Shown: positions 1 through 36,302 of the stretch, piece after piece
How positions within the stretch are numbered: the stretch's first letter is position 1
Layout of the letters: each line of letters starts with the position of its first letter
Source of the DNA: Microbotryum violaceum
Taxonomy: Eukaryota
Reading direction: 5' to 3'
Assembly (NCBI GenBank): GCA_001244265.2
Contig: CDLV01000004.1
Span: 1,860,001 to 1,924,000, forward strand
DNA length: 64,000 nucleotides
Program-made: the position numbers and the translations under genes
Notes under the pieces: model-generated
The model's input: only the letters and a program-made list of their open reading frames with translations
The model's database searches: none
What the model was told of the DNA's origin: nothing

Positions 1-2844
1 GACATCCTGAGAACGGGTTAGTGATCAACAGTTTCGACAACTGATGTGCGATATGAAAACAATCACCGGGCGCAAAAGCCTTTCTCGAAACCATATCAGC
101 ACCATCAGCCCAGCAAGCGTGCGGTTTGCACTGGACGACATGCGCCGCAACAAGATCCATCGTCCATGCGACAACACTTCAGGACTCTGGGACCTCAAGC
201 GCAGACCTATCGTGGACAAGAAGGAAGAAGGCACCCAGAAGCTCGTGTGCATGACATAGAGCGAGTTGGATCTATTTCGCTATGGACCCAGTCTTCCGCC
301 CCAATTTTCCCCTTCTCAGGAGTCGCAGGAAGACGAAGATCCTTTGATTGATGTATCGGAGGAGTTGGCTCAGGAGTTCAGAGAGAACATGGAGGCGATG
401 ATTTTCGATTGAGACAAGATTAGTGCTTAAGCTTTTATTTCACAGAACGTTGATAGACTTGGGGGCCAATGCAATCCTTTTGCGAGGAGTCTGAACCTTG
501 TCACCAGAGGGAGATGATCGTTTTTGCGAAGGCCCGGCCAGTCCAATCCTCCCTTCCGTCTCAACGTGCTCCGCTTCTACCTCCCCGCCCTTTCTCCTTG
601 CTTGTTCTTGTCCGGTCTTCTCACTTTCTTGCCCGCGCTGCCTGACTTCCGCATTCACTTTCTTCCACTGCGTCATGACTTGCTTCCGCTCTTTCAGACG
701 CTCGCGCCTACGATTCAGGACTGCCCTGACCAACTTCTTCCGCTGCTGCTGAATCTCCTTTTGCTCCCGAGCTTCCGCCTTTCTGACCTCTTCCGCTTTA
801 AGCGCACTTTGTTGCTCGATGAGGAAGTCGCGCTGCTCACGGACAACAGGAAAGAGAGCTTTCCACATGCCCGGAAGGGGTTCGGTGAAATCGTTGAGAC
901 GAAAGGCATCCTCGGAATCGAGCAGCGCGATCTCCTTGGCAACACGTTGCGCAATGATAAGAGGGAAGCGCCACGGGAGGTTCTCAGTCGGTCCATAATT
1001 CAGGCCCCGAGTATATTGCCTGTACTCGAGTAGGAGTTTCTCGACAAATTCGTCTCGTTGTTGGGACTTCATACGCCATGGATTGTGCCCTCTCGTCTGT
1101 CGATTGACTGACTGCGTTGCGCGTTCATCGGCAAAGTCCTCCAAGTCGTCCTCGGCAGTTTCGACCTGCGAGTTTTGTGTGGGTTGGCTCATCTTGTCTG
1201 CTTCGATGGTTGCCCCGTCGTAACTTGAAAATTCGTGGTAGCTTTCCTCTGTGGTGTACCTCAGGTGTTCGATAATGTACTTGGCGCCTTGAGGATCACA
1301 TCGAGAACACTGGCAAGATCTGCCGGTGATGTTTCCTTGACGCTCCATTTCAGCAACGATGAGAGGATCGTCCGCAAGCTCGCCTTGCCTGCATGTTTCA
1401 ATAGTACGAGGGATTAGATTATCTATGGCCGTGCGTCCTGACGGGTTCAACTCACGTGTATAGGACGATGGCCAGAGCGTGCAAGCACGCCTTCGACTCG
1501 TAGAAAAAACGGATTGAGAGTTCGTTCTCAGTGAGTAGCTCGAGTCGTGGACGGTCGCCATGCATACCGGAAGTCGAAATCTCGTCTGGAGTTGTGTCTT
1601 CTTGCTCCGGATTGCTCGCCGCGTCCTTTTTACGTGCGTCCTTCCGAGGCTCCAAAAAAGTGATCCCAATTCACCGCTGCCCACTACGCCCTCCTCGACC
1701 CTTGCGCTGAATATTGTCCTCAACAGTGGTCCGACCGTATTAAGTCACAGTCCGAACACGAGGCCAATGTATCCCAAGACCCAGGGCAAATGTCAAACAG
1801 GAGGTCAACCGGCACATACAATCAGAATGAAGGAGAGCGTGTGATTGGGGTCGTCCAACTGCCTGTACAGCTCGCCGTCTCTCCAGGCCTCCTCAGATAC
1901 CACAACCGCTTTCTTTCCCTTTCGATTGAGATCGGCAGCCTGAAAGAGGCATGTGACTGCGGAAATCAGCACGGATATCGGTCCAGCCAGCCCAGTCGGC
2001 AGAAAAACTCACCTGATGATTGCTCAGTGCATCAGTGGACTGACAACAATGGTGACGGCCCGGCGTCCATAAATGAGATACATTGCTTCGAAAATAACAC
2101 TTTTGCCTGAACCTGTTGACGCTGTGACGAACACAGCGTCATATCGATCGCGGTTCGCAAATTGATCAAGTTCGAAAAGTGCAGCAATGGCTTCGATCTG
2201 CACAGGCCGGGGGGTCGAGTCCTCGTCAAGACTTTCGCCCAGAATAACTTTGATCTTCTTGCGTAATTCGCTGGAATCTCGTCGGCCCTCCTGAGTCAAA
2301 CGTGGCCTCCAGTGACCGAGAACGGTTGTCGGTTTGGTTGAATGATTCGGTGCTGGGGTCGTAGGACTGGCCCTTGAAGCTGATCGCAAGGGAGACGCCC
2401 TGAACTCAATTGACGGACGTCGACGGGGCGGTCCCCTAACCGGCCTGGGTGTTTGTACCGACATGGCTCATCATGAGGGGAGGTGCGATGTTGAGTGGAG
2501 AGAGAGGGTGCGTGAGGCGCGGCCGGGCTTGAGTGACCTGGATCTATGCAGTCTTCGACGCGGACCGGGCTACGACTGGTCCGTGCGCCGACCTGCGTCT
2601 CGTTCGGAATCAGTTGATTCAAGCTGCTGTAGCGAGATGACCAAGCGTTTCTAGACTTCAAGCTTCCGTGAAGCCTCATCAATAATGATAAAGTAGAGAC
2701 GTATCCCTCCAGTTTTCAGATAGCACCAATATATGCCATGCTACAGCAAGGGCGCACTTTTCAGGGCCAAAATTTCGATGGGCAACTGGGCCAGGCGCGC
2801 CGATAACTCACAAGCGATTCCCAAAAGGATGGGCGTCGAGCTTA
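1..2844. mobile_element. Probable AcademH-like DNA transposon, degenerate right part (runs off the left edge)
   Basis: RecQ-type helicase pseudogene on - converges on a + strand ORF end at 1-259. The ~80-bp segment 2765-2844 (ending GAGCTTA) recurs inverted at 39840-39918, where it starts abruptly inside another repeat, as a TE terminus would. Confidence 0.45.
440..2464 (-). pseudogene. RecQ-like SF2 helicase, degenerate and internally deleted
   Basis: Q-motif-like PRPVQIEAI, motif I TASTGSGKS and Ia VVSPL (2024-2464). Motif V ALGLGIHWPRVRTV and motif VI QRKGRGGR at ~1690-1790 with in-frame stops. Downstream CQCSRCDP resembles the RecQ Zn-binding region. Motifs II-IV not found. Confidence 0.8.
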
Positions 2845-4173
2845 TTTAAGTCCCGTGAGGCACTGCACAGCACTGGACGGTTGAGGACGGGTGCAACAGG
2901 GGCGACGGGCGGTGCAATCTCCTTTTCAAGGCCCACGCTGCGCGTAAAAAAGGTCAATAATTTTTTCTTGAACGGTCAATGTAAGTTCTCCTTCTATTAC
3001 AAAACTACTGCTCATTGCTGCTTCCTGTCCTTTTTTTCTGACGCACTGACGGGCCGAAGTTCGCATCCCCGACGGTGGGTCCCTCAAGCACGCGGGTCGA
3101 AGTGGAATACCTGTAGACAAGACTTGGGTATCGGATCAGAAGAAACAAACAAGAAGGTGACACATGGATTGCAGTCCACCTGAGACGATTGAGACCGTGC
3201 AGTGGCTTGAGAAGAGCCGCCCGGGTCCGAGCAGCCAGATTTTCGACCATAGTCGGTGAGGTCACTGCGGTATCGTATTTCATGGGCTGCATGCTGTTGG
3301 CCTTGAGACCAGGCTTCTGCTGTTGGGTTAGTAGGCAGAATAGGATTGGACGTTTGAACAGACTGGCCCTGTCACTGACCTTCCTGGTATTTAGAATTTT
3401 CGATTGGAGCACCAGTGTTGCGTCACTACTCTCGTCGCGGTGAAGGCAGAACAAGAGCCAAAGTCCCCGCCCATGTGGAAATCTGCTGGCTAGGGATCCG
3501 TAAGAAATCCGGAATTATAACCCTCTTCTCCCCAAATCCCATATTCCGGGTGCATGGGAAAACACAACAGACAACCGATACATGTTCTGAGGTCTTGTAT
3601 AACCGTTTCATCCATGTCATTTGCTGACAAATTGATGTTGTCATGTTTTGCAAACTATAAGGAATCCAGGAGAGTTTCTAAGATGGTCAACCATATGGCG
3701 CCGTTACGGATTGTAGACATGAGAATTCCGCACGATTGAGGGTTGCGCGTGTAGCCTCGTTCATGCGCGACACACGCAAGCTCACGCGCTCACGCGCGAC
3801 ACTCGTGCGGACTCGCGCGGCCGCCTGTAAGGCGCCGCTCCGCTTACGCCTCACGACGACCTCGAGCCGAACTCTGCGGCCTCACGCTTGCCCTCGCGCG
3901 CGGCGCCGCCGCGTCTCTTGACCTTAGTCCTTTTAGTAGTCTTTCTTCGCCTGCGAATTACACCGTTTGATCCTTTCAGTTTGGACTCGGAACCAGTGAG
4001 GCTCGAGAGCAATCTCGTGCCTTTCACCGCCTTCTTACACACTACACAACTTGGCATACCTTTGCTTGGAACATCAGCATCAGCAAAATGGCCACGCGCG
4101 CGAACCCGCTTAAGGATTTGCCCGAGATTACGCACGCTTAACGGCGCATAAGATGTGCATAAGGATGCATACG

Positions 4174-4526
4174 CGCATAAGAGGGCTTACGGACCGCTTT
4201 GCGTATGCAAACAAAGGGCGCCGTATGCGCGCCGTATGAGTCCCTTATCTAGGGTACACTTAAGCGACACTTAACGCGCGCGCGGCTTAACGAGTGGTTA
4301 AGGGCGCTTAAGAGCAGCTCTACATCAGAGCAAAATGGCCAAACGTGCGTAAGCGCGCGAAACCTCGTAAAGCAGTCGTTAAGCGGCCTAGAGCTGCTCT
4401 TAAGCGCCCTTAACCACTCGTTAAGCCGCGCGCGCGTTAAGTGTCGCTTAAGTGTACCCTAGATAAGGGACTCTTACGGCGCGCTTTGTTTGCATATGCA
4501 AAGCGGTCCGTAAGCCTTCTTATGCG
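4174..4526. repeat. Long inverted repeat (foldback/MITE-like relic)
   Basis: 4238-4322 is the exact reverse complement of 4389-4473 (85 bp, 66-bp spacer). Imperfect arms extend to 4174 and 4526. Confidence 0.85.
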
Positions 4527-4881
4527 GCGTAAAGCGGTCCTAAAGCGACTTTATCCGAACCACAGACCGTGTTTTAAGCGGCTGTTTAGCCAGTCTTATC
4601 TTCGTAGCCCCTGATCTGTTGTCATTATAAACCTATGTTACACTCATATACTACAGTCAAGTGAAGAGAGACTCTTCAAAGTCGCAAGCCCGGTGGGCTG
4701 TGATCCTCATCTTGTCACTGGTTCCCCGCCTAGAAACCCCGGGCCCTCGATACTCCTCGAGGAGTGCTACATCCACGCTGTTCTGTACTCGATTGGTGAC
4801 TCGTACCTGCATAGCTTCTGAGTAAAAAGGACCAGAGCCTTCTCTACGATGCCTACGCAATATGGCCATGACGGGACCCTG

Positions 4882-11718
<6,837 letters not shown>

Positions 11719-11743
11719 CACAACCGTGGGCCCGACTAAGTCT

Positions 11744-12571
11744 GTCGACCGGCTTGAGACACGGCAGTGAAGTGACAATTTTCTTGATTGCATTGAAGTG
11801 TCTCTCTTGCTCAGCACCCCACATGAGTCGGACATTTGCGTTCTTCAACGTTAAATCCGCCACGGTTTTGGTTTGTTGGGCCAGGCCGTTGATGAACTTG
11901 CGCAAATACTGAACGAGGCCCAGGAATCCTCGCAGCTCGGTGACAGTCCGAGGACGTGGCGCCTCCAGAATACGCTCGACCTTCGACTGATCCGCCGCAA
12001 TCCCTCGCGTGAAATGACATGTCCCAAGAAGTCGCAAGATGTTCGGAAAAGTTCGGTCTTCTTCGGCGAACAATACAGATCTGCCCGACACAGCGCCTCG
12101 AGTACCTCCTTGACGTGAGTCCGATGTTCCTCAATGGTATTCGAGAAAATTGTGATGTCGTCGAGGTAGGCAAAACAACTCTTGCCAATGAGACTTGACA
12201 AGGCTTCGTTGACCCGGCGTTGATGCGTTGCTGGCGCGTTGGACAGACCCATCGGCATGACCACCCACTTGAAGAGTCCCCAGGGAGTTGCCACCGCGGT
12301 CTTGGGGATGTCTTCCTCGGCCATCTTCGTCTGGAAAAAACTGTTCGTCATGTCGATCTTGGACCAGAACCGCGCCCTCGCGGAGACCGCTAAGATTTCG
12401 TCCGGGAGGGGAAGCGGTGTGCGATCTGGTACCGTGGCCGCATTAAGGATCCTGTAGTCATTGACCCAACGCGGCATGATCGAAGGGTCGGTGTCCATGC
12501 CTTTCTTGGGAATGATGAAGGCCGGTGACGAGTATTCCGAAGAGGATGGACGAAGACGACCGGCCACAAGG
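11744..12571 (-). mobile_element. Inverted RT segment of gypsy element 1
   Basis: [22 protein letters not shown]...RWVNDYR...[11 protein letters not shown]...YLDD continues exactly from DEHL at 7049, but on the opposite strand. One frameshift near 12000. Confidence 0.92.
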
Positions 12572-17338
<4,767 letters not shown>

Positions 17339-18282
17339 GGCCCCCCTGGCCACACCTTCTGCAGGTCGAGCGCGATCCCGCGCCGAACGAGGGCGTCGAG
17401 GAAGGGCTGGAACGTGATGTTCCAAACCGGGCACGAGAGGGGATCCCCCTGACCGAGACCACAAAGCAACCGCACCAACTCCGTGGGGAACCCATTGATG
17501 AGGTAGCGCACCCCCAGAGTCTCGGGATCGTACAGAGCGCGCAGCAGGGAAATGAAACGCTCACCAAAGCCAAAGGCCTCGAAGACGTCGAAGATCCATG
17601 CGTGATCGACCCGATCATACGCGCTCTGCTGATCCAAGGACAAGAGGGCGCCCTCTGGGAAAACATCAGTACCGAGTGATCGGAGTTTTTCGAGAAGGAG
17701 AGTGAGATGACTTCCCGCGTCCGCTGAACGTCTTGATGGCATGAACCCGTGTTGCGCCGGCGGCAAAAGCTCGCCAAGCACCCCATTGAGTCGCGCCACC
17801 CAGACCTTGCTGAGGACCTTGTAGGTTGTCTCGCGCAGTGTGATCGGTCGATATGCCCCAGTGATTTCAGATTGGCCCCCCGTTTGTTCTTGGGCAAAAG
17901 CCGCACCAGCCCCTCTGCCAAGGACGCCGTCATTTTATCCCCCTCCCAAATCGAGTTGAACAGGTCCAACAGCTTGGGAGCGAAGTAGGTCGGCAGCGCC
18001 TTGAAAAGCTCATACGGAATGCCCGAAGGCCCCGGTGATCGCCCTGAATCCGTCTTCTTCAACGACGCTTCGACCTCGGAAAGGTTGAAGGGCTCGTCAA
18101 GCGCCACTCTGGCTTGAAGGGGCAGCCGACGACCAAACGTAGGGTCCGAGCGGTCGTCATCGTAGCATTTCGCTGCGCGAATAGGGTCGAGCAGGGACCG
18201 ACGTGCGTTCGTTGGGTCGCCACGAGCTGGGTCCGGCGTGAAGAGCGACTGTGCGTGCCGTGAAGCAATGCCCAGCGCCTCG
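17339..18282 (-). mobile_element. L1/Tx1-like LINE RT fragment
   Basis: [51 protein letters not shown]. Truncated by copia B before the FADD motif. Frameshift near 17860. Confidence 0.9.
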
Positions 18283-30372
<12,090 letters not shown>

Positions 30373-32267
30373 GACTTCCTTCGAGTATTGCTGTCAAGGT
30401 TCGTACCGCAGTCATCCTGACATCTACTGCCTGCTTTCCGTTTTCTGCCATCTCTGCATCCTTTACCCCTTGCCCCACGGCGCCCCCGAATTCTCAAGAT
30501 GCGCATCCTTGCTTTCCTCGCCTTTGTGTTCGCAGTTTCAGAAGGTGTTCTGGGCTTCAGTGATAGTCACGGTGAAGGTCGTAAGTACAAGTACCCTGGT
30601 AGGAGCCTCGCGCGACACTAGCATTGCGCTCTCGTAGCTCGCTGGCTGCGGTCGCCGGGCAGTCAGCAAAGCGCATGAACGTGGCCCACGCACCAAGTAG
30701 CGCACTGCTCCTTTCACTTTGTTTTTAAAGCTTGTACCCAACACTGCTTACCTCTTGAGGGTCAGGAACACCGGTACATGTCTCGCTATTAGTGCCACAC
30801 AGGCCTCTTCGAGGCGATCCGAGCTAGGGGCTAGCGGCGATTGTCCAAGTCGCTTATCCCCGGGGTATCGGGATCTACCTTGAAGGAGCTTACCATCATA
30901 AAATGTACCTACTACCCCTGTGTTTATCTTTCGCTACGCTCAGCGTCATTCAACCACAGCCACACTATTTTCGACGCGTGTAAGCGCTTGTACGAGGCCT
31001 GCGACAAATACCTGAAGCAGATCCAGGTGGTCGAAGACGACCTTGTGTACCACGCTCACCATGCTGTTGAGTGAGTCAAATTTCATTGATACACAAAAGC
31101 TTGGCTTCAGGGTTGACTGACTCCCTTCCACCGTTGGGTCCCATGAACCGTCGGCAACTGTCGCCCGGACCTGTCGGTGTTGCCCGCATTCTACGCGACA
31201 TGCGGTTATCGCATATCGCCCACTGCTGGGGAGCCTTCGTCCTACAATCCCAAGGACACTCCAACTGAAGTCACCTTGGAGGCGCTGCAAGGAATCAAAG
31301 AATACCGAATCTTCCCTCGTGGGGATGAAATGCTCCGTGGTATCAATCTCGGTCAGGCGGCGAATTTCGGCCGGTCATCACTCCCACCACAGTCACCAGG
31401 CCCGAGCCGAAAGTCAACCACATCACCGCAGCCGTATACACCATCACCGTAGCCTTAAAGCCCAAGGTTAATATACGTCCCCATCCCAGCTGTCCCGCTC
31501 GTGACCATTACCGATTTCGACCGCTTCGGGCCTCGGTTCCTTTCACTCTTTTCGTCTTGAAGGACTAGGCGCGAAGCTAGCGTCCATTGCTAGTCCATTG
31601 CTACGCCCAGCCCCCATCACTTTTCGCCTGCCTATACAGCGGCTCTTTGCTCCTTTGAAATTTCATTATTTTGGCGTACTGTCGACCCTATATCGAATCA
31701 TGTGATTTCCTCTGCAATAAGAGCACATTCGAAGTATGTCATTGTAATGTGACCTGCGTTGCCACTGCACTGCTGCCAGCGGTAGGTAAGCGGTTACCAA
31801 AAAGTTTAGGCTGCATGGCCGGCCAAGGGTTGGACTCGTGACCTCACTTGTCCTCATAAGCGGGCAGTGGAAGACGAAAAGTATGTGGTGAAGGCCTCTT
31901 GGCCCAAGGCAAGCAAGACCTGGTAGCTTGCTAGGCATGCTAGGCCTCAGTGCAGTGAATCCCATATCGGAGGCTCGGCCCCGCTCTCGAGTCTGTCAGT
32001 GAGACCACTGGATCAGTCGTGGGCGGGCCGCGTTCAGAGGCAGTCGAGCAAGGCCACGAATTAAGGTTATGAAGACTCAATAACACACAGTACATACGAA
32101 GCGAGAAGCGAACAGGATCAAGTGTGGGTTTGAACAAATACAAATGAGTATGTGTGGAGGTCTAAAATCCACAAAGCGAGCAAGACCAGAGTTCCTTCGC
32201 TGAGACAGAAACTGCACAACCAAGTGAAGCAATGGCAATCCAAAGAAGCGTAGACAAGCAACAAGAG

Positions 32268-35240
32268 TCAAGCCTTGACAGCGAACGGGGTAGCGGGATT
32301 TGTCGTCGTTAAAGAAGCGTGTTTCTTGAGGGCGGGGCCGCCTCCTTTCTTTGGCGCCGAGGAGTCTTTCCAATCCTTAAAAGCAGGGGCGGTGTCAGGG
32401 TCGGTGCCGGCGGCGGCAGTGGCAAGGGTGGGCGTGAACGACGAAGATGCCTTCCTCGACTTTTCTGGTAGAACGACGGAGGCGCCCCTGGCGGCGGCGG
32501 ACGCGAACGAACCGACAAGGCGGGACGGTGCGGCCATGGCCGCTGCTCCGAGAACTGGGGCCGAAGCGAGGGGACTGGATAAGGGTTCAGTGGACGGGGT
32601 GCCAGCGGTCTCCGAAGCGGGGGCATCCGAGTGATTGACCATCACGAAGTCCGAGTCGGCCACAGCACTGTCAAGGCCAGGGTCATCAATCTGCTGAGCT
32701 TCTGCAGGTGCTTCAAGAGCGACGCCGGCGGAAGATGTTGAACGTTGCGAAGCCGCCGTCTCTTCAGGCTGAGCGACTGACGATTCGAAGGAAGGAGAAG
32801 GGGAACCTGGGGTCAAAGCGGGGAAGTCTTCGCCAGAAGGCACGCGCTGGGCCGCACGCGAAAGAGCACTCGACAGTTTGCTGCGATCGCCATTCGTCAA
32901 AACTGTAGGCCCTTTTGATCCACTCGGCGCAGCGACGGGCAGATGTGGCGCCTGAACATTTCGGGGCTGCACTGGTGGGATACGACGAGTAAGGCCGTGG
33001 ATAGCGGCGACGAGTTGCGGTGCGGCTCCTCCAGGATGCAGAAGGGAACCGTTCGCGGCAAGAACCGATGAAACCTCAGGGACGCCAGGTGACGATTCAC
33101 CCGCCACTCCGTTGTGACCCGCGGCAGCTACCTGAGCTTGCGTGTCTGCTCTCAGGCGAGCTTGCTCTTCCTCGAAGCGACTCCGTTGCTGACGTAATAC
33201 CCCGTTGTAGAACGGCCCACCGGAGCTTTGTGCGCCGTTGCGGAAGAACGCGCCGTTGCTGCCCGCCTTCTTCCAGTTTGGATTAGCCAACCATGTCGCC
33301 GGAAGACCACCCTTTTCCTCCGGGTTGTCCGTTCGCCCATCAGCACCAACCCAGCCTTGACTTAGCAGACGGGCATCGCTGCCGTCCGGCAGGAGATGTT
33401 GGAATGGACACGCATCGCGATTTCGGCACCGGTTCGCCTCGAAGAACGAGCAAGGTGGGCGAGGTGACCCGGCGAGGAAGTTGCGACGAGCGGTTTTGCC
33501 GTTGCTCACACTACCAAAGCCTCCAGCTGGTCCAATCATCGGTCCACGGGCTCGTGGAACATTTGCGAAGTGCGGCATGCCATATGGGCCAATGATGCCG
33601 TTGCGAGGTGCGTTCTTGCCGTTCGAACTAGTGGTCACGTTCACAGGAGTGATGGCCGAGGCTGGATCTGAGGGCGAAGTGGAGCCATCCCATCCGTTGA
33701 GTGCTAAAACGTCGCTCTGGAGTAAGTTGTGGAGGGTCAGAATGATTGAATGGTCCGCAGAGGACAGAGACATCGAGGCTGCCGCGCTTTGGGACTGGGC
33801 AGGAGCGTAATCGGTCTGGCTAGCGGACGCAGCGGCGAACAGTAGGGGACTTGTTCCTGGAGGCGATGGCGCACTTAGATTATCACGAGACGGAGAGGCT
33901 GGAGTGATCGGTGAGGTAGAAAGAGGTTGCGGGGCAATCAAGGCCAGAGCAGGGTTCGAAGCGTTGATGTATCCCGTCGAAGCCGGGGAAAAAGCACGAC
34001 TCTCGCTAGACAACGCGGTATTTGGAATTTGCGGAGCTTGCTGCTGCGCTTGGGGCATATGATAGAACGGTTGGGGCGGCGATGGCGGCGCTTGCTGGTA
34101 ATGTTGGGCGCCGAAGAAAATTGGAGGGAAGGGATAGAAGGCTCCCTGAGGCGAAAACGGTTGCTGTTGTTGCTGATGGTGCTGGTGGTGATGGAGGTGA
34201 TGGGAATAGCCGTATTGCTCAATGTGCTGCTCGGGATAATACATGGGCATCCCATGAAGGTACTCGTCTTGCTGCGACGGAAAGTGTTGCGCTTGCTGGT
34301 GAAGGACGGTTTGACGATCGGCCGGCTGAGTCGAAGTACGCAGGAGTTGGGCCTGAACGGAGGGCGATGGGGCAACACCTGGGGAGCCAGCCACGCCCGG
34401 AATTCCGTGGGAGAAAATGCACGAATCACCATACTTGCAAGTGCCTTGCGGGAAGTATCGACAGGGGATCAACTTGGCCACTTCGCGTGGGGGAAGGTTC
34501 GCTTGAGGCGGAGGGGCCGGCGTGGGATCGAAGTTGCTGTTGTACGACGCCACGTGGTATGGCGACGGGGCGGGAGACGGGACGCCTTGGTGGTCAACGA
34601 CAGCGAAGTCGTCAACTGTGCCAGTGATAGGGGGGAAAGTGGGGGTAAGTGTATGCACACATTCCATTGATGGACGAGCGAGTTTGGATCGCAAAGCGGC
34701 GGCCTATCTGAATATAGCCACAGACACCACAGCGTCGAAAGTGGGGAGGTGACCCGGGCCAGCAGGAGCAACGATGTAGTCATCTCGGACCATAGCTGTG
34801 CTCGACGGCGAGTTGAAGATCTTTCGGGCAAGAGGCACATCCGGGCCGATCCGTCCCAGGGATTCGTATTTCGCAGTCCATCTCGGCGAGCAGCGCGCCC
34901 TTGGGGGCGCTGCGAAAAACTTCGGGACCCCCGCATATATACGCCGGAGCCTAGGCGTGCTTGCATGCGACACAAGCATACCAACGACCTAGCCCAGACA
35001 GCAATGCTGAACCAGCTACGTGGTAAGCGCACCTCATGGATGGAGACCATTTTGACCGTCGAAGAGGTGCAAGCCCCAAATCCAATGACGGGCTGCAGAG
35101 AAGGATCGAAACCTCGACTCACCATTCGCAGACGGAGCAGCGCCATCCTTCGACGCGAGCTTAGCCTGAGCCTTCTGCTGTTGGTGCACTTGCTGTTCGG
35201 CCGCGACTTGCGCCTGAACGCTCTCGGGTGCTGCGACCAT
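32268..35240 (-). CDS. Tandem CCCH zinc-finger protein (probable RNA-binding protein), two exons
   Basis: Fingers CRYFPQGTCKYGDSCIFSH and CSFFEANRCRNRDACPFQH in a long P/Q/S-rich ORF. Likely first exon MVAAPESVQ...PSAN (ATG 35240, GTGAGT donor ~35121) spliced to an acceptor at ~34617. Confidence 0.8.
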
Positions 35241-35652
35241 TTAGGAAAAATGCAGCTTGGGCGGGCGAGATGGGCAGAACAGTCCAGGTGGGTTCAAGTA
35301 TCCGGTCCTTTGCGTCGAGCTTGAAGAACCCAGGTCCGCGAACGAGAACGAGCGATGGCAGGGGAAAGTCAAAGAGGCTACAGTCGGACAGCAAGCGCAG
35401 AGAGCGGACGTCAGAGAGCAAACGAGTCTTGTATCGCACCAGAGCGACCGCAGTGACGAGTACACTCACGACCTTTCACTGACGGGGGCACGGGGGACAA
35501 GCTCGACCCTCTCATGTCTTTGCTAGCCCCTACTAGCCCTCGCTTCGTTTCGCAGCCTGCGAGAGCCTGCGCCAAAGCGCTCGGGCCTCTAACTACAATG
35601 TCCCTGGCTTCGGAGCTATGTCACGTGACTCTGTCTCGTGCGCGGCCCCACC

Positions 35653-35909
35653 TGTAAGGGTTTCGCCCTACAGAAGGCCGCGAGGACGGTTGTAGATCGA
35701 AGTCGATGTAGTAACGGCCGAGAGAGGATACTTGTTAAACGTCTTTACTGGGTTTCAGCTAGAAGTTAACTACCAAGAGAGAGGAAAGAGAGAAAGAGAG
35801 ATATGGGGAAGGGCGTCCCTATTGAGGGAGGCCGAGGGTCCGTGCCCCAGTGTCAGTCTTGACGTCGGCTGCGGGATCGAAGGCCTGGTCTCAAGGGGGC
35901 GGCCTTACA
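35653..35909 (-). repeat. Solo LTR (257 bp)
   Basis: TGTAAGG...CCTTACA termini with a perfect 5-bp TSD CCACC (35648-35652 and 35910-35914). Orientation inferred from the AAGGCC..GGCCTT start shared with the gypsy LTRs. Confidence 0.9.
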
Positions 35910-36105
35910 CCACCGGCGTCGAGGGACCCCAGGGTGTCCCGAGACTACTGAATCTTCACTGAATCGACCAGAGCAGCATCAATCCCTTCCCCCTCATCTC
36001 CGATCACTCACGGTGCGACCAGGGTTCCCCTTTAGATGTCTAGATATCTTAGCATATCTCGCTAAGATATAGATGCCATCTTATCTAGGGGCCAAAAATC
36101 TCACT

Positions 36106-36302
36106 ATCCCTGAAGCTCGTTAGAGCTGAAGGTTTCGTTTCGAAATATGGGGGGGGTCCCAGCCTCGAAAGTGATGCTATTCTGATATTTTATTGGACGA
36201 AATGGCCGAAATACCCCGCACGCGCGTGGCTGTTGAAGTCCCATAGGAGAACCTGATTTCCAGCGCCGATTGGTGCGAACAATGCCACCCCGGATAGGAG
36301 GA
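36106..36302. repeat. ~190-bp direct repeat, copy 1
   Basis: Aligns by eye with 39654-39839 (GAAGCTC.TTAGAGCTGAAGGTTTC...CCGGATAGGAGGA). Partial extra copies at 36320-36350 and 36541-36560. Confidence 0.85.

Noticed and set aside
2880-3700. ORF 3005-3454 and neighbours as a gene
   Set aside because: No identifiable domain; cannot be supported.
11728-11732. GGGCC as the missing TSD partner of copia B's outer flank
   Set aside because: It is 9 bp away from the LTR end, and joining it to the LINE frame gives a stop codon; may be chance.
30373-32100. Short ORFs between the LINE tail and the CCCH gene
   Set aside because: No recognisable motif or consistent splice structure.
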